A stretch of 59,341 bases of DNA, counting the filler, from Jimgerdemannia flammicorona (lineage: Eukaryota): assembly GCA_003990765.1 (NCBI GenBank). It is 3 parts of 3 records of this genome, joined end to end, with 100 filler letters (N's around TTAATTAATTAA, not from the genome) between each part and the next. Parts side by side here need not be neighbours in the genome. Positions count along the whole stretch, not along the records: positions 1 to 19,717 come from RBNJ01001867.1; positions 19,818 to 39,532 come from RBNJ01001868.1; 1 more part is not named here. The stretch is one strand, 5' to 3'. The notes under the pieces are model-generated. The model did no database searches. It was not told where the DNA came from and saw nothing but the letters and a program-made list of their open reading frames with translations. The position numbers and the translations under genes were made by a program. Numbering within the stretch: position 1 is the first letter of the stretch; the number at the start of each line of letters is the position of its first letter. Positions 13,451 through 26,066 of this stretch are shown piece by piece.

Positions 13451-14269
13451 ATGGCCGACACCTTGATTATTGGGCTCCGTGTGTGCGCCGTTTTGAACTT
13501 CATCGCCCTCACATTTTTCCTCATTCGCACAGTCCGCCTGGGCCGCTTTGGCTTGCTCTCTGGCATCCTCGTTGCCCAATCTGTTTGCTGGGGTGCATAC
13601 GAAATACTTTACTTGGTCGCCTTCGCTTCGCAATACTATTCTCCGGAGATTATGAATGTATACGAGGCAGAAGTTGTTTCGGAGTCCTTCGCCTTAAGCC
13701 TACTCTGTGTCGCCATCTACGAGGCGTTCCGCGGTTGGGTTGTCAAAGTCGCCGGCAAGGCAACCACCGGCGCGTGGGTGATTATCACGGTCATTTTGGA
13801 GGGTTTCGCCGTCTGCCTAGCTGTGGTCCGGCTTTCTTTGCTGGTATATTTCTATCATATCAGCAATATCATATCGGACATTTATACATTCGTTCGGCGA
13901 TTCCAGTTGTACGGGAGTCTTGCCCTCGTTCCCCTGGCCTTGGTTATGGTTCTTTTATTCATCCGTTATACCGATTCTCCGCGCCGGTATGCCGGTGTTT
14001 TGTTGGTCTACGGCGCCCTTATTCTCGTACCATACATTTACTTAGCCGCCTACGTCAATAGTAATTGGGATCCGCTCAAATTCCTCTTCCTATTCCATCT
14101 GCCGCCCATTCTAGCCCTCACGTGGATGGGTATAAACGCACGGACCGTGGTTGCATTCATGGGTGGCGTCAATCCTTCCGCATCGACTTCCGAAGACCAA
14201 GAGGCCAATCCGGGTATGACGGGATACAGATTAACAGCCACACTGGATGAATTAACAGCCAGAACCTAG
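13451..14269 (+). CDS. Intronless 272-aa seven-transmembrane protein (GPCR-like/RTA1-like topology, family unassigned)
   Basis: Uninterrupted ORF, good ATG context (ccatcATGG), about seven hydrophobic ~20-aa segments and a polar C-terminal tail. Confidence 0.85.
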   Translation: MADTLIIGLRVCAVLNFIALTFFLIRTVRLGRFGLLSGILVAQSVCWGAYEILYLVAFASQYYSPEIMNVYEAEVVSESFALSLLCVAIYEAFRGWVVKVAGKATTGAWVIITVILEGFAVCLAVVRLSLLVYFYHISNIISDIYTFVRRFQLYGSLALVPLALVMVLLFIRYTDSPRRYAGVLLVYGALILVPYIYLAAYVNSNWDPLKFLFLFHLPPILALTWMGINARTVVAFMGGVNPSASTSEDQEANPGMTGYRLTATLDELTART

Positions 14270-14318
14270 AACAATGGCTCGTTATCTGGATTACAGTGAG
14301 ATACTGGGTACTGTGGCC

Positions 14319-14380
14319 TGGAACAGCTCTGGCGTATATATAGAACAGCTCTTGTGTATATCTAGAATAGCTACGGTGTA
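14319..14380 (+). repeat. Short ~22-bp tandem repeat (x3) downstream of the 7-TM gene
   Basis: tggaacagctctggcgtatata / tagaacagctcttgtgtatatc / tagaatagctacggtgta. Confidence 0.6.
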
Positions 14381-17300
14381 GTACCGCTCTTATTTGAATA
14401 ATTTGGAGTTGTATTGATAATTATTAAATTACTAGAGAAAAGTAATGAAGAACAATTAAAGCTAATTTACAAAGTCCAGAATGTTGACTAAGTACAGGCT
14501 GGTGATGAACGACTAAGCCCAGAAAAATGCTGGATGATGACGAGCGACGGCGACGACTAAGCGCAGAACGATGACGACGGCTAAGTGAACGCAGACGACT
14601 AAACAACGGCCTCTTCAATTGCCCTTAAAATGGGAACGTCATGCGACTCACATGTTTAGTTCCGTCTTTAAGGGCTACCATAAACGTTTAAACTAATTGA
14701 ACTGCCGTCTCTTCACTGCGTCGTATTTATGACTGTTGGAATATCTTAGTTATAGCAACTCGATATGTGGTGGCGCAGCCTGACTACGTCATCCTGTAAA
14801 CGTCATCAATGCGTAAGCTATCAATAAACAATCGCTGCTTCTTCTCCACTCTTTCCCCAAGTATTCTACAACAATGACCATATCAGGTTTCCTTTCACTA
14901 ACCCTTTTTTTTTTTTTTTCCTTTTCCTTTTCGCCAATTAAAATGTACTTCACGATCACAATGAAAAATATATATATTGTGGACTCGTAATTAAAATTGG
15001 ACCTAATACTCCAAATTCACCTCTTAATCGCCTCGACTTCATATAGACGCGCTTTAATGCTTGTTCTCAGGGAGGACAGGGCGAGCTTCGAAAGTGTTTT
15101 TTTTTTTATTTTTTATTTTTTATTTTTTATTTTTGAATGAGAAACTCTGCCAAAAGACACGGCAGCGCCCTTATTTTATACAACCGCCCATGCTCAATTG
15201 CGTTCAAGGGCATATATGCATTGGCTGCACGGATTGCTTTGAACGCCAACAACGTGTTTCAAAAGTGTATAATGCCCATGTTTTATCTCAATGGACGGAA
15301 ATCCATCTTACAAACACGGCGCCCATTCATCAAGGCACTCTGCTTTGGTAACCTTCTACACGGAATCTGAGACACTTCGATCCTAAATTCTATTTACTGA
15401 TACAAATTCTATTGTAGTTGTAGCGTTCTTCTCCATAAAATGCGAATTTGTAGCATTTAATATTCAATATTTATTTAAGCAGTATTCGGGACTAATAACG
15501 AATTAGTGATGAAATCTTTCCGATTTTTTGTCTGCGGTGTTTCTTCATTGTCCCCGTCCCGAGATCTTGTTGCTCACACCTGTGTTCGTTTTCACTTTGA
15601 CCCTACTGTAAAAATTGGCCCACCTGTTTTCATCTTCCGCTAGATTTCTGTTTCGGCGTACGTGTTTCAGCGTACGTCATTAGAAATTCAGTGAGTGGTG
15701 CAACTCCTGACGTTACGACGGTGGGCGCAAGAATGCATTTGAAGCGCAGCGACTTCAGAAACGCAATGATGGAATCCGTTATTGAGTCACGGGATTATTG
15801 GGAATGTTGAGTGGATAAACCAAACACACGCCTCCAGCCGTCGCTGGCTCTACCCTTTTCATTTCCATTACGTTATGCTTTCTGTTCTTGCTTTTTGTCG
15901 TACGTTGACAGCCCGCCACATTTGATCGGAGAGCAGTTCTTTCCTTTCTATTATTTCACAAGCCCCGGTCGTAACGGCGTAGCGGCATAGCAGCGTAGTG
16001 GTGAGTATTATTAACTTACTAAAGTTTCTCTTCCGTTTCGTTTTCTACAGGACCTTCCGCCTCTTAATTGGTTTAGTGTGGTGTTGCCATCCCACGGACC
16101 GGTTCAGCGAAGAGCTCCTTGGCGTGCATCTGCTCCTGTTTGTGCTTATCAAAGGGAATGGCCGCTTCTAACTGAACCACCGAATCAAGGATGAGGCACT
16201 ATTGCCCCATACGGGCGAGTCGCGGCGCTCCTCCAGCTCTGTCGGGTGAATCAAAGGCAGCCCTGGAGCCAGAAGAGACAGCGTCACCCCTGTCTCTGAC
16301 GACGCCTCTGACCACGCACAAAGGCTGAAGAAGCCAAGAGGACGAGCGACGAATGCTGCGGCGCACCCTCCTGGGTAAGTGGAGCCGTCCCTGTCTCCCG
16401 CCTGTATTTGGTTGGCAAGGAGGAGAGGCAGCAAGACCTCGGGGCCGGCGTAGGGGGGTGATCTGGATTAATGATAGATTTTTAAGGGCTCTCTAAGATC
16501 ATGTTGGCTCTTGGGTAACGCTAAGAGGACTGCACGCAAATAAATGTTCTATGCTACGTATCGTTGAATAAAATCGCATATAAACACAGAGCATAATAAA
16601 ATCGTCCGCCTTTACGTCGCTTTCCAAAAAATACCTGGTCCCAACTGAAGAAAAGACTTTCAGTTTAACGACCCTCAAACTCAATCTCACGTAGTCCTTG
16701 GCGCCCTCGCTGCGTGTGTCATGCTCAGCTAGTCTTGCTATCCGTTTTAGGAACCAACAAGCCGGCCTACATCTCCTACCTCCCCATCTTCCGACCACCG
16801 CCACATCATCTATCCACTCGAACCCTTTCTTCGGCTTATCCCTCTCCGTCATCTACTTCCGCCACAAATTCACCAACAAGGCAATGTTGGTCGGTTATCA
16901 GAGCATGTGGTTTCAAGTCCTAGGACGATCGATGTGTCTCCGTCAAAAGGTTATGACCGGCGTCGAGAGTTGCGACAATCGCTATATTAGAACATAACCG
17001 GCAAGTACTCCGTTGTGACTAGGTAACACCCATGCCAAGACCATATACAGTGCACGTCTGCTTGAGATTGTTGTTGCCGCATTTATTGCGCTCTCATACA
17101 ACAGCAAAAGAATTTACGAAAGGCAAGGGAGAGCTACGTTCCGAGGGAACAAAGGCGCCAATTACAATGCGTAGGGGCACTTATATTTATTTAAAATTTT
17201 CGAGTGCACGAGATTCGCCCTCCCTTACCAACCGGTTTCGCATATATTGCGGGGCAGGAATGAGGTTTATCAATAAACGTGCATTATACACAGGAATAAT

Positions 17301-19717
17301 GCCCCAATTCCACCCTAGCCACATTTCAGAATTTAAATTTAGATAACAGCCCACGTCGCGGATTGTACAATATTGTAGCCTATTAAAATAAGCAGAGTGC
17401 TGCTCACATTCGGCCGCAACCGGAACCAAGACACTAATACGTTGTCCACAGATTTTCCACTTTCAACGATTAGTAATCTAAAAATTCTGTTTCGGAACTT
17501 TTACAACTAAATGCTGAACGATGGATGGCAACAAATATTAGAGTGGAAAATACGCGATATTGAGTAACAATTAAAACTGGGCTGAATTCGTGGAAATCTG
17601 AAACCAACATAAAGAGTTCAATAGTACCAAGTGTACTAGTCACGCCGCAATTCTTATTGTGATTGTTTCGATTACTGGACCCCAGCGACAGGTATAGCGT
17701 TCGTAGTTCTTGGCACGTCCAAGTCACTTGAGGAGCATGGCACTGATTTTTTTTTTTCTTTTATTTTATTTTATTTTATTTTTGTTGATATTCAAGGCTT
17801 CGAAATCACAAAACGTTGGAAAATACTTTGTTAACGTTCGTGTTTGCGAAACGCTTCCATGCATCCAAGCGCCGCGGTTTTCCGGAGACAATCGTACCGC
17901 AGTTTGGAGTGCAAAAATGAGCGATGCCTATTGATGTTGTTCCCACAGAAACATAACCCTACGTCGAATCTCTTTCCCTGTCAGGTTAGCTTACGACAAA
18001 ATTATCAATTACCACGTGTCAGTAATATAAGATATTTCCCAATAAACCATTATCAAACATTTACATACATATGTTGGGATTGTGGATGTCCGACAGCAAA
18101 ATCCAAAAGGAAGTCGGATACGAACTAGATTAGGGTCGTGTGCCCATATCAAGGGCACGTATTCAGAGATTAGAGCCTCGGAGTCACACGAGTCGAACCC
18201 GTAAATTTGTATAAAAAGCTCAAAGACAAATTTTCACCAACCAACACAACGCGAACATTGATTCTCCCATCGCCATGGCCAATTGTCAATTCTTCAATGC
18301 AGTGCCACAAAATCAGCCAAACAGCAACTGTGACAAGAGCAGGGGAACAATTGTTTGTATATCCGCTCCGCCATCTTGACAAAATTGCAACCCCAACATT
18401 TCCGTGAGTTTCATGAGAGCTTGTTGATGATGTTCACTGTATGTAGTGACTAGCGCCTATTGGGAAACATTTCCTACCGGCTGCTTCGAGGGGTGTGTTT
18501 GTGCCAATGAAGAACTCAATGGATATATAGAAAACAGCGTGAATAAAATAATGGTTGTGACGAGGGTGAGCGGACGGAAGAAAGATAGATTCAAAGAGGT
18601 CTACTTGGACGATAAGAGCGAGACAAGGAAGGAAAATGAAGCTTAAATAAGAAGGTTTAAAAAGAACAGTGTATAAAAGGCAAAAAAATAAAATAAAATC
18701 AAATAAATAAAAAAACTAAAAATAAAAAAAAAGGCAATTGTCAGCTAGAATACTACGGACTTCAAATTCTAATGCCTCGCGACTCCTTCAAAGCCCAGAA
18801 CGTAACACACTTTCTGTTGCTGGCAACTGCAATTCGGATGAAGTCATAATATGTAAGTCGCGTATTTACTGAGTGGCGTAGTAATTGATGACATAGGCAA
18901 AATGACGTACCATATGTCACGTGCTTACATGTCGAACACTTTCCGTTTCGGCACAGGCGTAGATGCGTTTTATAACAAAGTCGATCAATACGTAGCGGTG
19001 TAATTAAAACGAGTAGCACGCCCCTATGTTCGGAGACTACCTCCAAAAAAAAATAAAATAAAATAAAATAATCGAACACATTGACTCGCCTTCAGAAGGA
19101 TTCCGCATAATATGAATATATTGATTATTGCTTGCTTTAATGCGGACAAATATATAATCTACAGGTCTGCGCACCCAAACCGAGAGTTGTCGAGACGATT
19201 TAATGCTTTATAGATTTCCGGTGATCGAATATGGTTATCTGGTAAAGCGTGAGCCTGTGTTGTAATACTGGTCGGTCCGGGCAAACGGTGACGTTGAACC
19301 AACCAGCGGCCTTGAAAATCGAGGATTCTGTGGAGATGTGAGGGAAATTTAGAGAGACGTCTCCCCAAAATGCAAATATTGCATCTCTTTGTCTTTGTCC
19401 TATTCGCAAACTCGCTTCCGCCGAAACGTAACTCCCTTCGCAAACACAAAAATATTCTCCTCTGGCTTGAGCCTTTAAAATTTTCTTGGCTCGCCGTCTG
19501 AAATCCCAAAGTGAGTGGAGGTCCGTAATCTGGTTACACGAGAATGCATCGTTTGAAGTCCGTCGAAATCTACGCATTCATCACATTTCACTCCCGCCCT
19601 CTCCCTTAAAAAAATGTCGTTTTCACTACCTCTGCATCTCCGCCCCTTGACGCGAGTCATGGCTCGCGCGAGTCGAATCGGTTGGATCGTCGTGCCCGGT
19701 CATTATGTGAAAAAAAA

Positions 19718-19817
19718 NNNNNNNNNNNNNNNNNNNNNNNNNNNNNNNNNNNNNNNNNNNNTTAATTAATTAANNNNNNNNNNNNNNNNNNNNNNNNNNN
19801 NNNNNNNNNNNNNNNNN
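19718..19817. other. Artificial contig linker N44-TTAATTAATTAA-N44
   Basis: Exactly 100 bp, stops in all six frames, identical to 39533-39632. Confidence 0.97.
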
Positions 19818-19958
19818 TTGAAATCAATAAGCGTAGAGGACGTACTCCATACGAAATTGATCTTGACCATAAGAAAACGGTCTTCCAGAGTATCCAGAAT
19901 ATCCAGAAAACCCTTCCAGAACTACGTAACGGTTACCCTAAAAAGCAACCCTCTTACA
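19818..19958 (-). mobile_element. 5' end of a younger LTR-like insertion (TGTAAGAGGG...) that interrupts LTR-B copy 1
   Basis: Similarity to LTR-B copy 2 stops abruptly at gaggactata|tgtaagaggg on the minus strand; the inserted sequence keeps its CpGs and has ttctggata repeats; cut by the contig end. Confidence 0.55.
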
Positions 19959-21430
19959 TATAGTCCTCAAACTTCTTATCTTTAAACTGTCTTGTTATCT
20001 CTTTAGATTGCTTATAAGAAATTGTATGTAAGTGAATCAGAACTGACTTTATTTCAAAGGAAATAAGAAGAGTATTTATACAAAATATAATTCAATGGTT
20101 GCTAAGATATAAGACTAAATATAAATTCCAATAATTAAATAAAAATACTGATATATAGTTCCAGTGTTGGTACAGATAGTTGTACAGATTCAGGATACTG
20201 GTATAATTTCGATAATACAGGAAAATAGTACTGGAATAATTCTGAGTCACACAAGATCAGAATGCTAGTAGAGGAACAGCTATTACACAAGAAAAGGATG
20301 CTGGCATAATTCAGTATAACTTAGAGCAGAAAGTTCAGAACCATGGGGGCTTCATCTTCATCAGAGGTCAAGATGTCTTTGAAGGAAATGAGATCAGTTT
20401 TATTCATCTCATCATTATATAGATCACTCATTTTGCATATATTGCATATTTTACATATGTCACATATTTCACATATGTCAGGCAGGATGATGTCATTGCC
20501 AATGACATCATCATATTTGATAGCAGCAGGAACAAGGAGATCTGGGGCTCTCTCATCTATGAGGTTTTCTTCCACAAAATAGAGAACAAATGTGGGGTCT
20601 TGGAGAGGTGTTGTTCTGGATACTGGGGCCTTGGAATGCAGAGATCAATCCTTGCAGAAATTGATCTGGGTTGTTCTGGAGGATGGAATATCAGAAGTCT
20701 TCTACTTCATCACTATTGAGGGTGATAGTAGACTGGGCTTCTGTAGCCACCCTGGCTTCTAGTACATTGATACAGTGGGCTGACAGATCTCTAAAGTCTG
20801 AGACTCTAACATATTCTAAATTGGGGATTGATTATGGTGCATGCTCGAAGATCTGATAAATCTTCTTAGCTATTCTTACTTCATATATATCCATAGGAGT
20901 GGCATCTTGTAACTCTTGTGGGCTGGCCTGTGGGAACTCCCAGCAGAGGAGGTTTCCTATTTCATACTCCTGCCATATTTGGAGGCATTCAGTAACAATA
21001 GTGATCCTTGTTTCCATTTCATGGTAGTAGAGAATAAAATAATAAGAATACCCAGTACCTAGGTTGAGGCTAGGAGTCCTTCTGTGTGGGTCCTCATGGC
21101 TCTTCTGATATCTTGGAACATCCTTTCTTCAACTGAGATACCTTGGTAGTTCCTTGACCTTGAGGTTTGGCGAGTAGCAGGCATTTCATTTGTAGTAAGT
21201 CTTTGAGCTATTTTGGGATTGATGGGTCTTATTGAGTTGCTGCTACTGTGGTTCCTTGATTCTTCTTTTATATTTCTCAAGATATCTGTTTTGTGATCAC
21301 AATGACTCACATTACTCATCTCATAGCCTGGGTGAGTCATGCTATATAATCTTCTTATGCTCTGATCTAGTGACTTATAAGGAAAGACTGTCTTCTGTGC
21401 TGATGTCATTATTCTGAGGTCACCATTACA
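19959..21430 (-). repeat. Family-B long LTR, copy 1 (3' end interrupted)
   Basis: Reverse complement starts tgtaatggtgacctcagaataatgacatcagcac and aligns to 24875-26258. Confidence 0.9.
20321..21184 (-). pseudogene. LTR-encoded ORF in LTR-B copy 1 (frameshift and stops)
   Basis: MPATRQTSRSRNYQGISVEERMFQDIRRAMRTH ... METRITIVTECLQIWQEYEIGNLL ... EAPMVLNFLL; 1-bp deletion near 21085 relative to copy 2. Confidence 0.85.
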
Positions 21431-22260
21431 ATACTTAAAAGATCCTTGAACATTTCAATATGAGTAAATACAAACCCATTGGCACTCCTATAGTTACTTC
21501 TATAAAGTTATAAAAGCCAAATACTATACTTAAGAGTAATGACAATATACTCACCAAAAACATTCTCTATTAATAAGCAGTTAGTGTTCTTATATATTTC
21601 AAGTTAGGAATAATGTCTAATATATTATATACTATTAATAAGGTGGTGCAGTATTCCTCTTACTATGATAATTTATATTAGAGGACTATTAAGAGAATTT
21701 TCAGATACTTAAAGAGATTAGTATACTATATACTTATATTAGATAGTAGTGATATTAGATTAAGTAGGAGCAATAGTGAGAGAAATGAGATCTGACTATT
21801 TAGTATATGTGATACTGATGGGATAAAAGACCTTGACAACTACTAATCTATACTGAATATCTCTTTTATATTAATAGAAGTAATAATAAAGGAGTCATTT
21901 CATAGCAAACATATAAGTAATTATCTACAATATAGGTAGAGTACTAAGTATTGTCAAGTATAATAAAGAAAACTATATATATAGCTTTATAAGCTATTAA
22001 AAAAACTCAAATTTACTCAAAAATGGAGTACTATACTATATCAGAATAATCAGTCTATAATTGTACTCACTAAAAATTTAGTATATTATAATAAAATAAA
22101 ACATATTAATATATAGTATCATTTCATAGAAATATATAGAAAACAGTACTATATGCCTGATATATTCTCATAAAGTATATGATTGTCAATTCACTTATAA
22201 AAGCCCTTCTAAAGTTAAAGTTTGAGTAATGCATTAAAGAAATGGATCTTATAAGCTATA
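21431..22260 (+). mobile_element. Hypermutated Ty1/copia RT C-terminus and RNase H remnant
   Basis: Decayed copia motifs: KILEHFNMSKYKPIGTP; IKRIFRYLK; CDTDGIKDLDN (YCDADWAGDLD); LSTI*VEY; NNQSIIVLTKNLVYYNKIKHINI*YHFI (DNQSAIAL.KNPV.H.RTKHIDIRYHFI); MIVNSLIKAL. Confidence 0.85.
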
Positions 22261-22649
22261 TACTAGTATTCTATTAGTCATAGGATACTTTTTAGACTAT
22301 AAAAATCTCTCTTACTATATTATATTATATATATATATTTATATATATATAGATATTCCCAATCTATAAGAGGATTCTGTAGATTATATATATTACATTT
22401 TGTGGATATTTTGGATATTTTGGATATTTTGGATATTTTGGAATATATTTTGACCTATGAAAATTTCTTAGATATAGGATTTTATTTTTAATTTTTTGGG
22501 TTATATATAGTTCTAGTTTTTATATCTATTGTATTACTTTTTACTCTAGTTGTATTCTTTTTTTTTTGAGTTATATATCTTATTAAACAGAAGTATTGAA
22601 ATAATAACTTAATATATAAATATGTGATTAAACTATTTTATTAGTTTTA

Positions 22650-23400
22650 TATCATTCATTGGTAATATATGAAATTTATGACCTATACAAATACAATAGT
22701 TAATGAGACTTATTATTATATAGATATAGTCTGTAAGTTTCTCACTCTTATATATAACTACTACTATGATATTATATGCTCTCATATAAGGGTCAGAATC
22801 TTGTCTTTATTACTGATATACTCTATTGATATACTTAGAGAATTTATTTAATTTACTAGATCATTGATATAATTAGTATATTTATAGATACTCTCCTTAG
22901 ATTTTATTTATAGTTAAAATAGCTGAGATTTTAGATAGAATCTATTTAATGAGAATGCTTATACATAATGATTGTGTAGAGTCTTTTATATATTATAGAC
23001 TGTTATAGTATATATTATAAGCTTTATTTGCTGGTTTCATAATATAAAAGTAATCTCTTATAATACTTGATAATTATTTAGAGTATTGTAATCTTGAATC
23101 TACATATATCTGTAGTTTTATATATTCTGTCAAGCTGTACTTCTCTAGAAGATTACTCATATAGAATACTCAAATAGTATAATTATTACCATTAAAGATA
23201 GAAATTTAACCTCTTGACTGGATTATATTTGCTATAAAAACTATGACTATTATATCTGTTCCAGAAATACCTATGTCTACTGTATTCAGTATATTCATAC
23301 TAATTCCCTAGTTTATCTATACTAATATCTTGACATAGGGTCTTAGAGAGGTATTTCTTATTAGCTACTAAGCAGAGCTTATAACCTTTATTATAACTTA
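22650..23400 (-). mobile_element. Hypermutated Ty1/copia leader and gag remnant (boundaries approximate)
   Basis: Minus strand has aggttataagctc (decayed fungal copia GGTTATGAGCCC leader) followed by ISIFNGNNYTI*VFYMSNLLEK, resembling the copia gag N-terminal FNGxNYxxW motif. Confidence 0.55.
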
Positions 23401-23560
23401 GTTAAGTGAAGACTAAAGAAAGAGAGAGTAAAGCGGGGTATTGTTTATTATTTCAGATAGTACATATTTATATATTGAGTAATATAACTTAAAGATAATA
23501 TAGTTATATATATAAGTTATATATATAAGTTATCAAGATAATAGAAATTTCAAAAAATAT

Positions 23561-23760
23561 CACTCCTAGATCTGATTATCATCAACTAAAACTAGAATAT
23601 AAAGTTTAATCAAAAGAACTACCAATTTGGATGAGCTGCCAGGCACACCTATTACTATTTTATAAAATAGAAAGGATATTCTGAGTATGATACCACCTGG
23701 GAAAAAGAAGATAATCTTTTGCCAAATATAGAAGAAGTAGTAATCTGATATAGATATCTA
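23561..23760 (+). mobile_element. Chromodomain remnant, probably from a chromoviral gypsy integrase
   Basis: YYFIK*KGYSEYDTTWEKEDNL matches the chromodomain YLVKWKGY....TWE.E.NL motif, preceded by PDLII..LEYKV. Confidence 0.7.
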
Positions 23761-25116
23761 GTATAATGGAAATTCTATCAGAATTTCTGAAAGATAGCCA
23801 TGCTCTTGAATATTTCTAACAAAGAGAAGTATAAATAATCTAAATAATTCTATACTAATAATCCACTACAATATAAGTATTCAGCAAAGACATTGAGAAT
23901 AAACTAAGAATAAGATTATTACTACTGTTCTTATAACTATTGAATATTAATAGAATTCTACTAAACTATTCTCTGTCAATATATAAATCTCTAGAGACCC
24001 AGACCCAAATAAAGCTCAATAATGTCTTAGAAGAATCCAATATTTCCAGACCTTCCACTACTAATAAGAATTAAAGAAGTACTATAAGATCAGATATCTC
24101 ATCTATCAATAAGCTACTCTTAGTAGTACTAAGTAATAAGTCTGTCTTTTTATTAATAATTATATCTATATTATTGCAAAAGCTTTACATTTATTTCTAT
24201 ACCCAAGTCTAAGTCCTTGACTATCTCTATGAAGAATTTCCTGAGAACATCATTAATTTGAGTAATAAATAATAGAGTAATGTTTTTTTTAAATAGTTCA
24301 GTATATCTCTCTTCAGTTTGATAAGTGTTTAGAGTTTAGTATTAAATCTAATGAGTAGGTTCAGATAAAGAAAAAAAGGATATAATAAATTATTATATAC
24401 CTACAAGTTACTATAATATCTTATAGAAATTTTAATAGAAATTTTAATGGAAATTTCTATAAAATTTTTAACTAGCAGTTATAGATACTGAATATAGTAT
24501 AACTATATAGATATATCTAGTATACTATATTTAGTTATAGCTTTAAATTTATATAAATATCCTCTACACTGAGTATATTATAATCTCAGCTCTACTTTTT
24601 CTAAATATAAGAATAAAACAGTATTCATATTATAAAACTCTCAGATTTGACTTGTTAATAATTCTAAGTCTAATCAACTTGAGATATATGTATGGTCCTT
24701 TCATTAGTATAAGAACTCAAAAGCAATACTTAGACTATATCACTATAATAGATAATTGAAACTTAGTGCTTCCTCACAAGTACTTAGAACTTAGAGCTGA
24801 TAATTATCTTAATTATCTATAATATATTAATTCTATTAGAATATAGTTTTATTACAATATATATATATATATATTGTAACGGTGACTCCAGAATGATGAC
24901 ATCAGCACAAGAGACAGCCTTTTCTTGCAAGCCACCAGATCGAAGCACAAGAAGATCATACAGCATATGAGATGAGCAATGATGACCAACTGTGAGTCAT
25001 TGTGACCACAGCACAAGCATCCTGAAGATTATAAAAGAAGGATCAAGGAACCGCAGTAGCAGCAACCAACAAGAACCACTAATCCCAAAATAGCTCAAAG
25101 ACTTACCACAAACGAA

Positions 25117-25932
25117 ATGCCTGCTGCCCACCAAACCTCAAGGTCAAGGAACCACCAAGGTATCTCAGTTGAGGAAAGGATGTTCCAAGACATCAGAAGA
25201 GCCATGAGGACCCACTCAAGAAGGACTCCTAGTGTCTACCTGAGTACTGCAGACCCTTATCACTTTATTCTCTACCACCGTGAAATGGAAACAAGGATCA
25301 CCATCACCACTGAATGCCTCCAAATATAGCAGGAGTACGAAATAGGAAACCTCCTCTGCCGGGAGTTCCCACAGGCCAGCACCCAAGAGCTACAAGATGC
25401 CACTCCCATGGATATATGTGAAACAAGGACAGCTAAGAAGATCCATCAGATCTTCAGGTATGCACCATGGTTGATCCCCAACCTGGAGTATGTTAGAGTC
25501 TCAGACTTCAGAGACCTGTCATCCCGCCGCATCAATGCACTAGAAGCCAGGGTGGCTACAGAAGCCCAGTCCACTATCACCCTCAACAGCGAAGAAGTAG
25601 AAGACTTCTGGCACCCCATCCTTCAGGACAACCCAGACCAGTTCCTGCAAGGGTTGATCTCAGTATTCCAAGGCCCAAGCATCCGGGTTACATCCCCCCA
25701 AGACCCCACATTTGTCCCCTATTTTGTGGAAGAGAACCTCATAGACTGGAGAGCTCCAGATCTTGTTCCCGATTTTCCTGCCACTGCCGAACATGATGAC
25801 GTCATCGGCGATGACGTCATCATCGACATATGCGAAGCATACAAAAACGATGAATTCGCAGATCTCATCTCCTTCAGTGATGATGATGATGATGATGATG
25901 AAGCCCCCATGGTCCTGAACTTCCTGCTCTAA
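25117..25932 (+). pseudogene. 271-codon LTR-encoded ORF of unknown function with one in-frame TAG (ancestral TGG)
   Basis: ORF-track pieces 25117 and 25408 are in the same frame; the TAG at 25327-25329 is TGG (Trp) in copy 1 and in the family-C 5' LTR; acidic C-terminus. Confidence 0.88.
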
Positions 25933-25939
25933 GTTCTTT

Positions 25940-26066
25940 GTTACACTGGATAATGCCAGCACCTGTATTCTCATGTAACACCAGATAATGCCAGCACTGG
26001 TATTCTGAGGTGACGCGAAATTGTTCCAGCACCAGCATTTTGATGTGACACTAAATAATGCCAGCC
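25940..26066 (+). repeat. ~35-bp tandem repeats (x3-4) in LTR-B U3, enhancer-like position
   Basis: Recurrent (g/a)taacac..gataatgccagcac..gtattct units between the ORF stop and the TATA box. Confidence 0.6.

Noticed and set aside
13483..14061. 192-aa overlapping ORF
   Set aside because: Alternate-frame shadow of the 7-TM gene with no protein-like features.
19762..19773. TTAATTAATTAA palindrome as a biological site
   Set aside because: Part of the artificial linker.
24250..24874. Possible KDZ/CxC transposase remnant on the minus strand, continuing at 26377-26830 and 28353-28832
   Set aside because: Too AT-decayed to read any diagnostic motif with confidence.
25660..25974. Antisense ORFs in LTR-B (also 20343-20582)
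   Set aside because: Shadows of the acidic GAT-repeat tail of the sense ORF.
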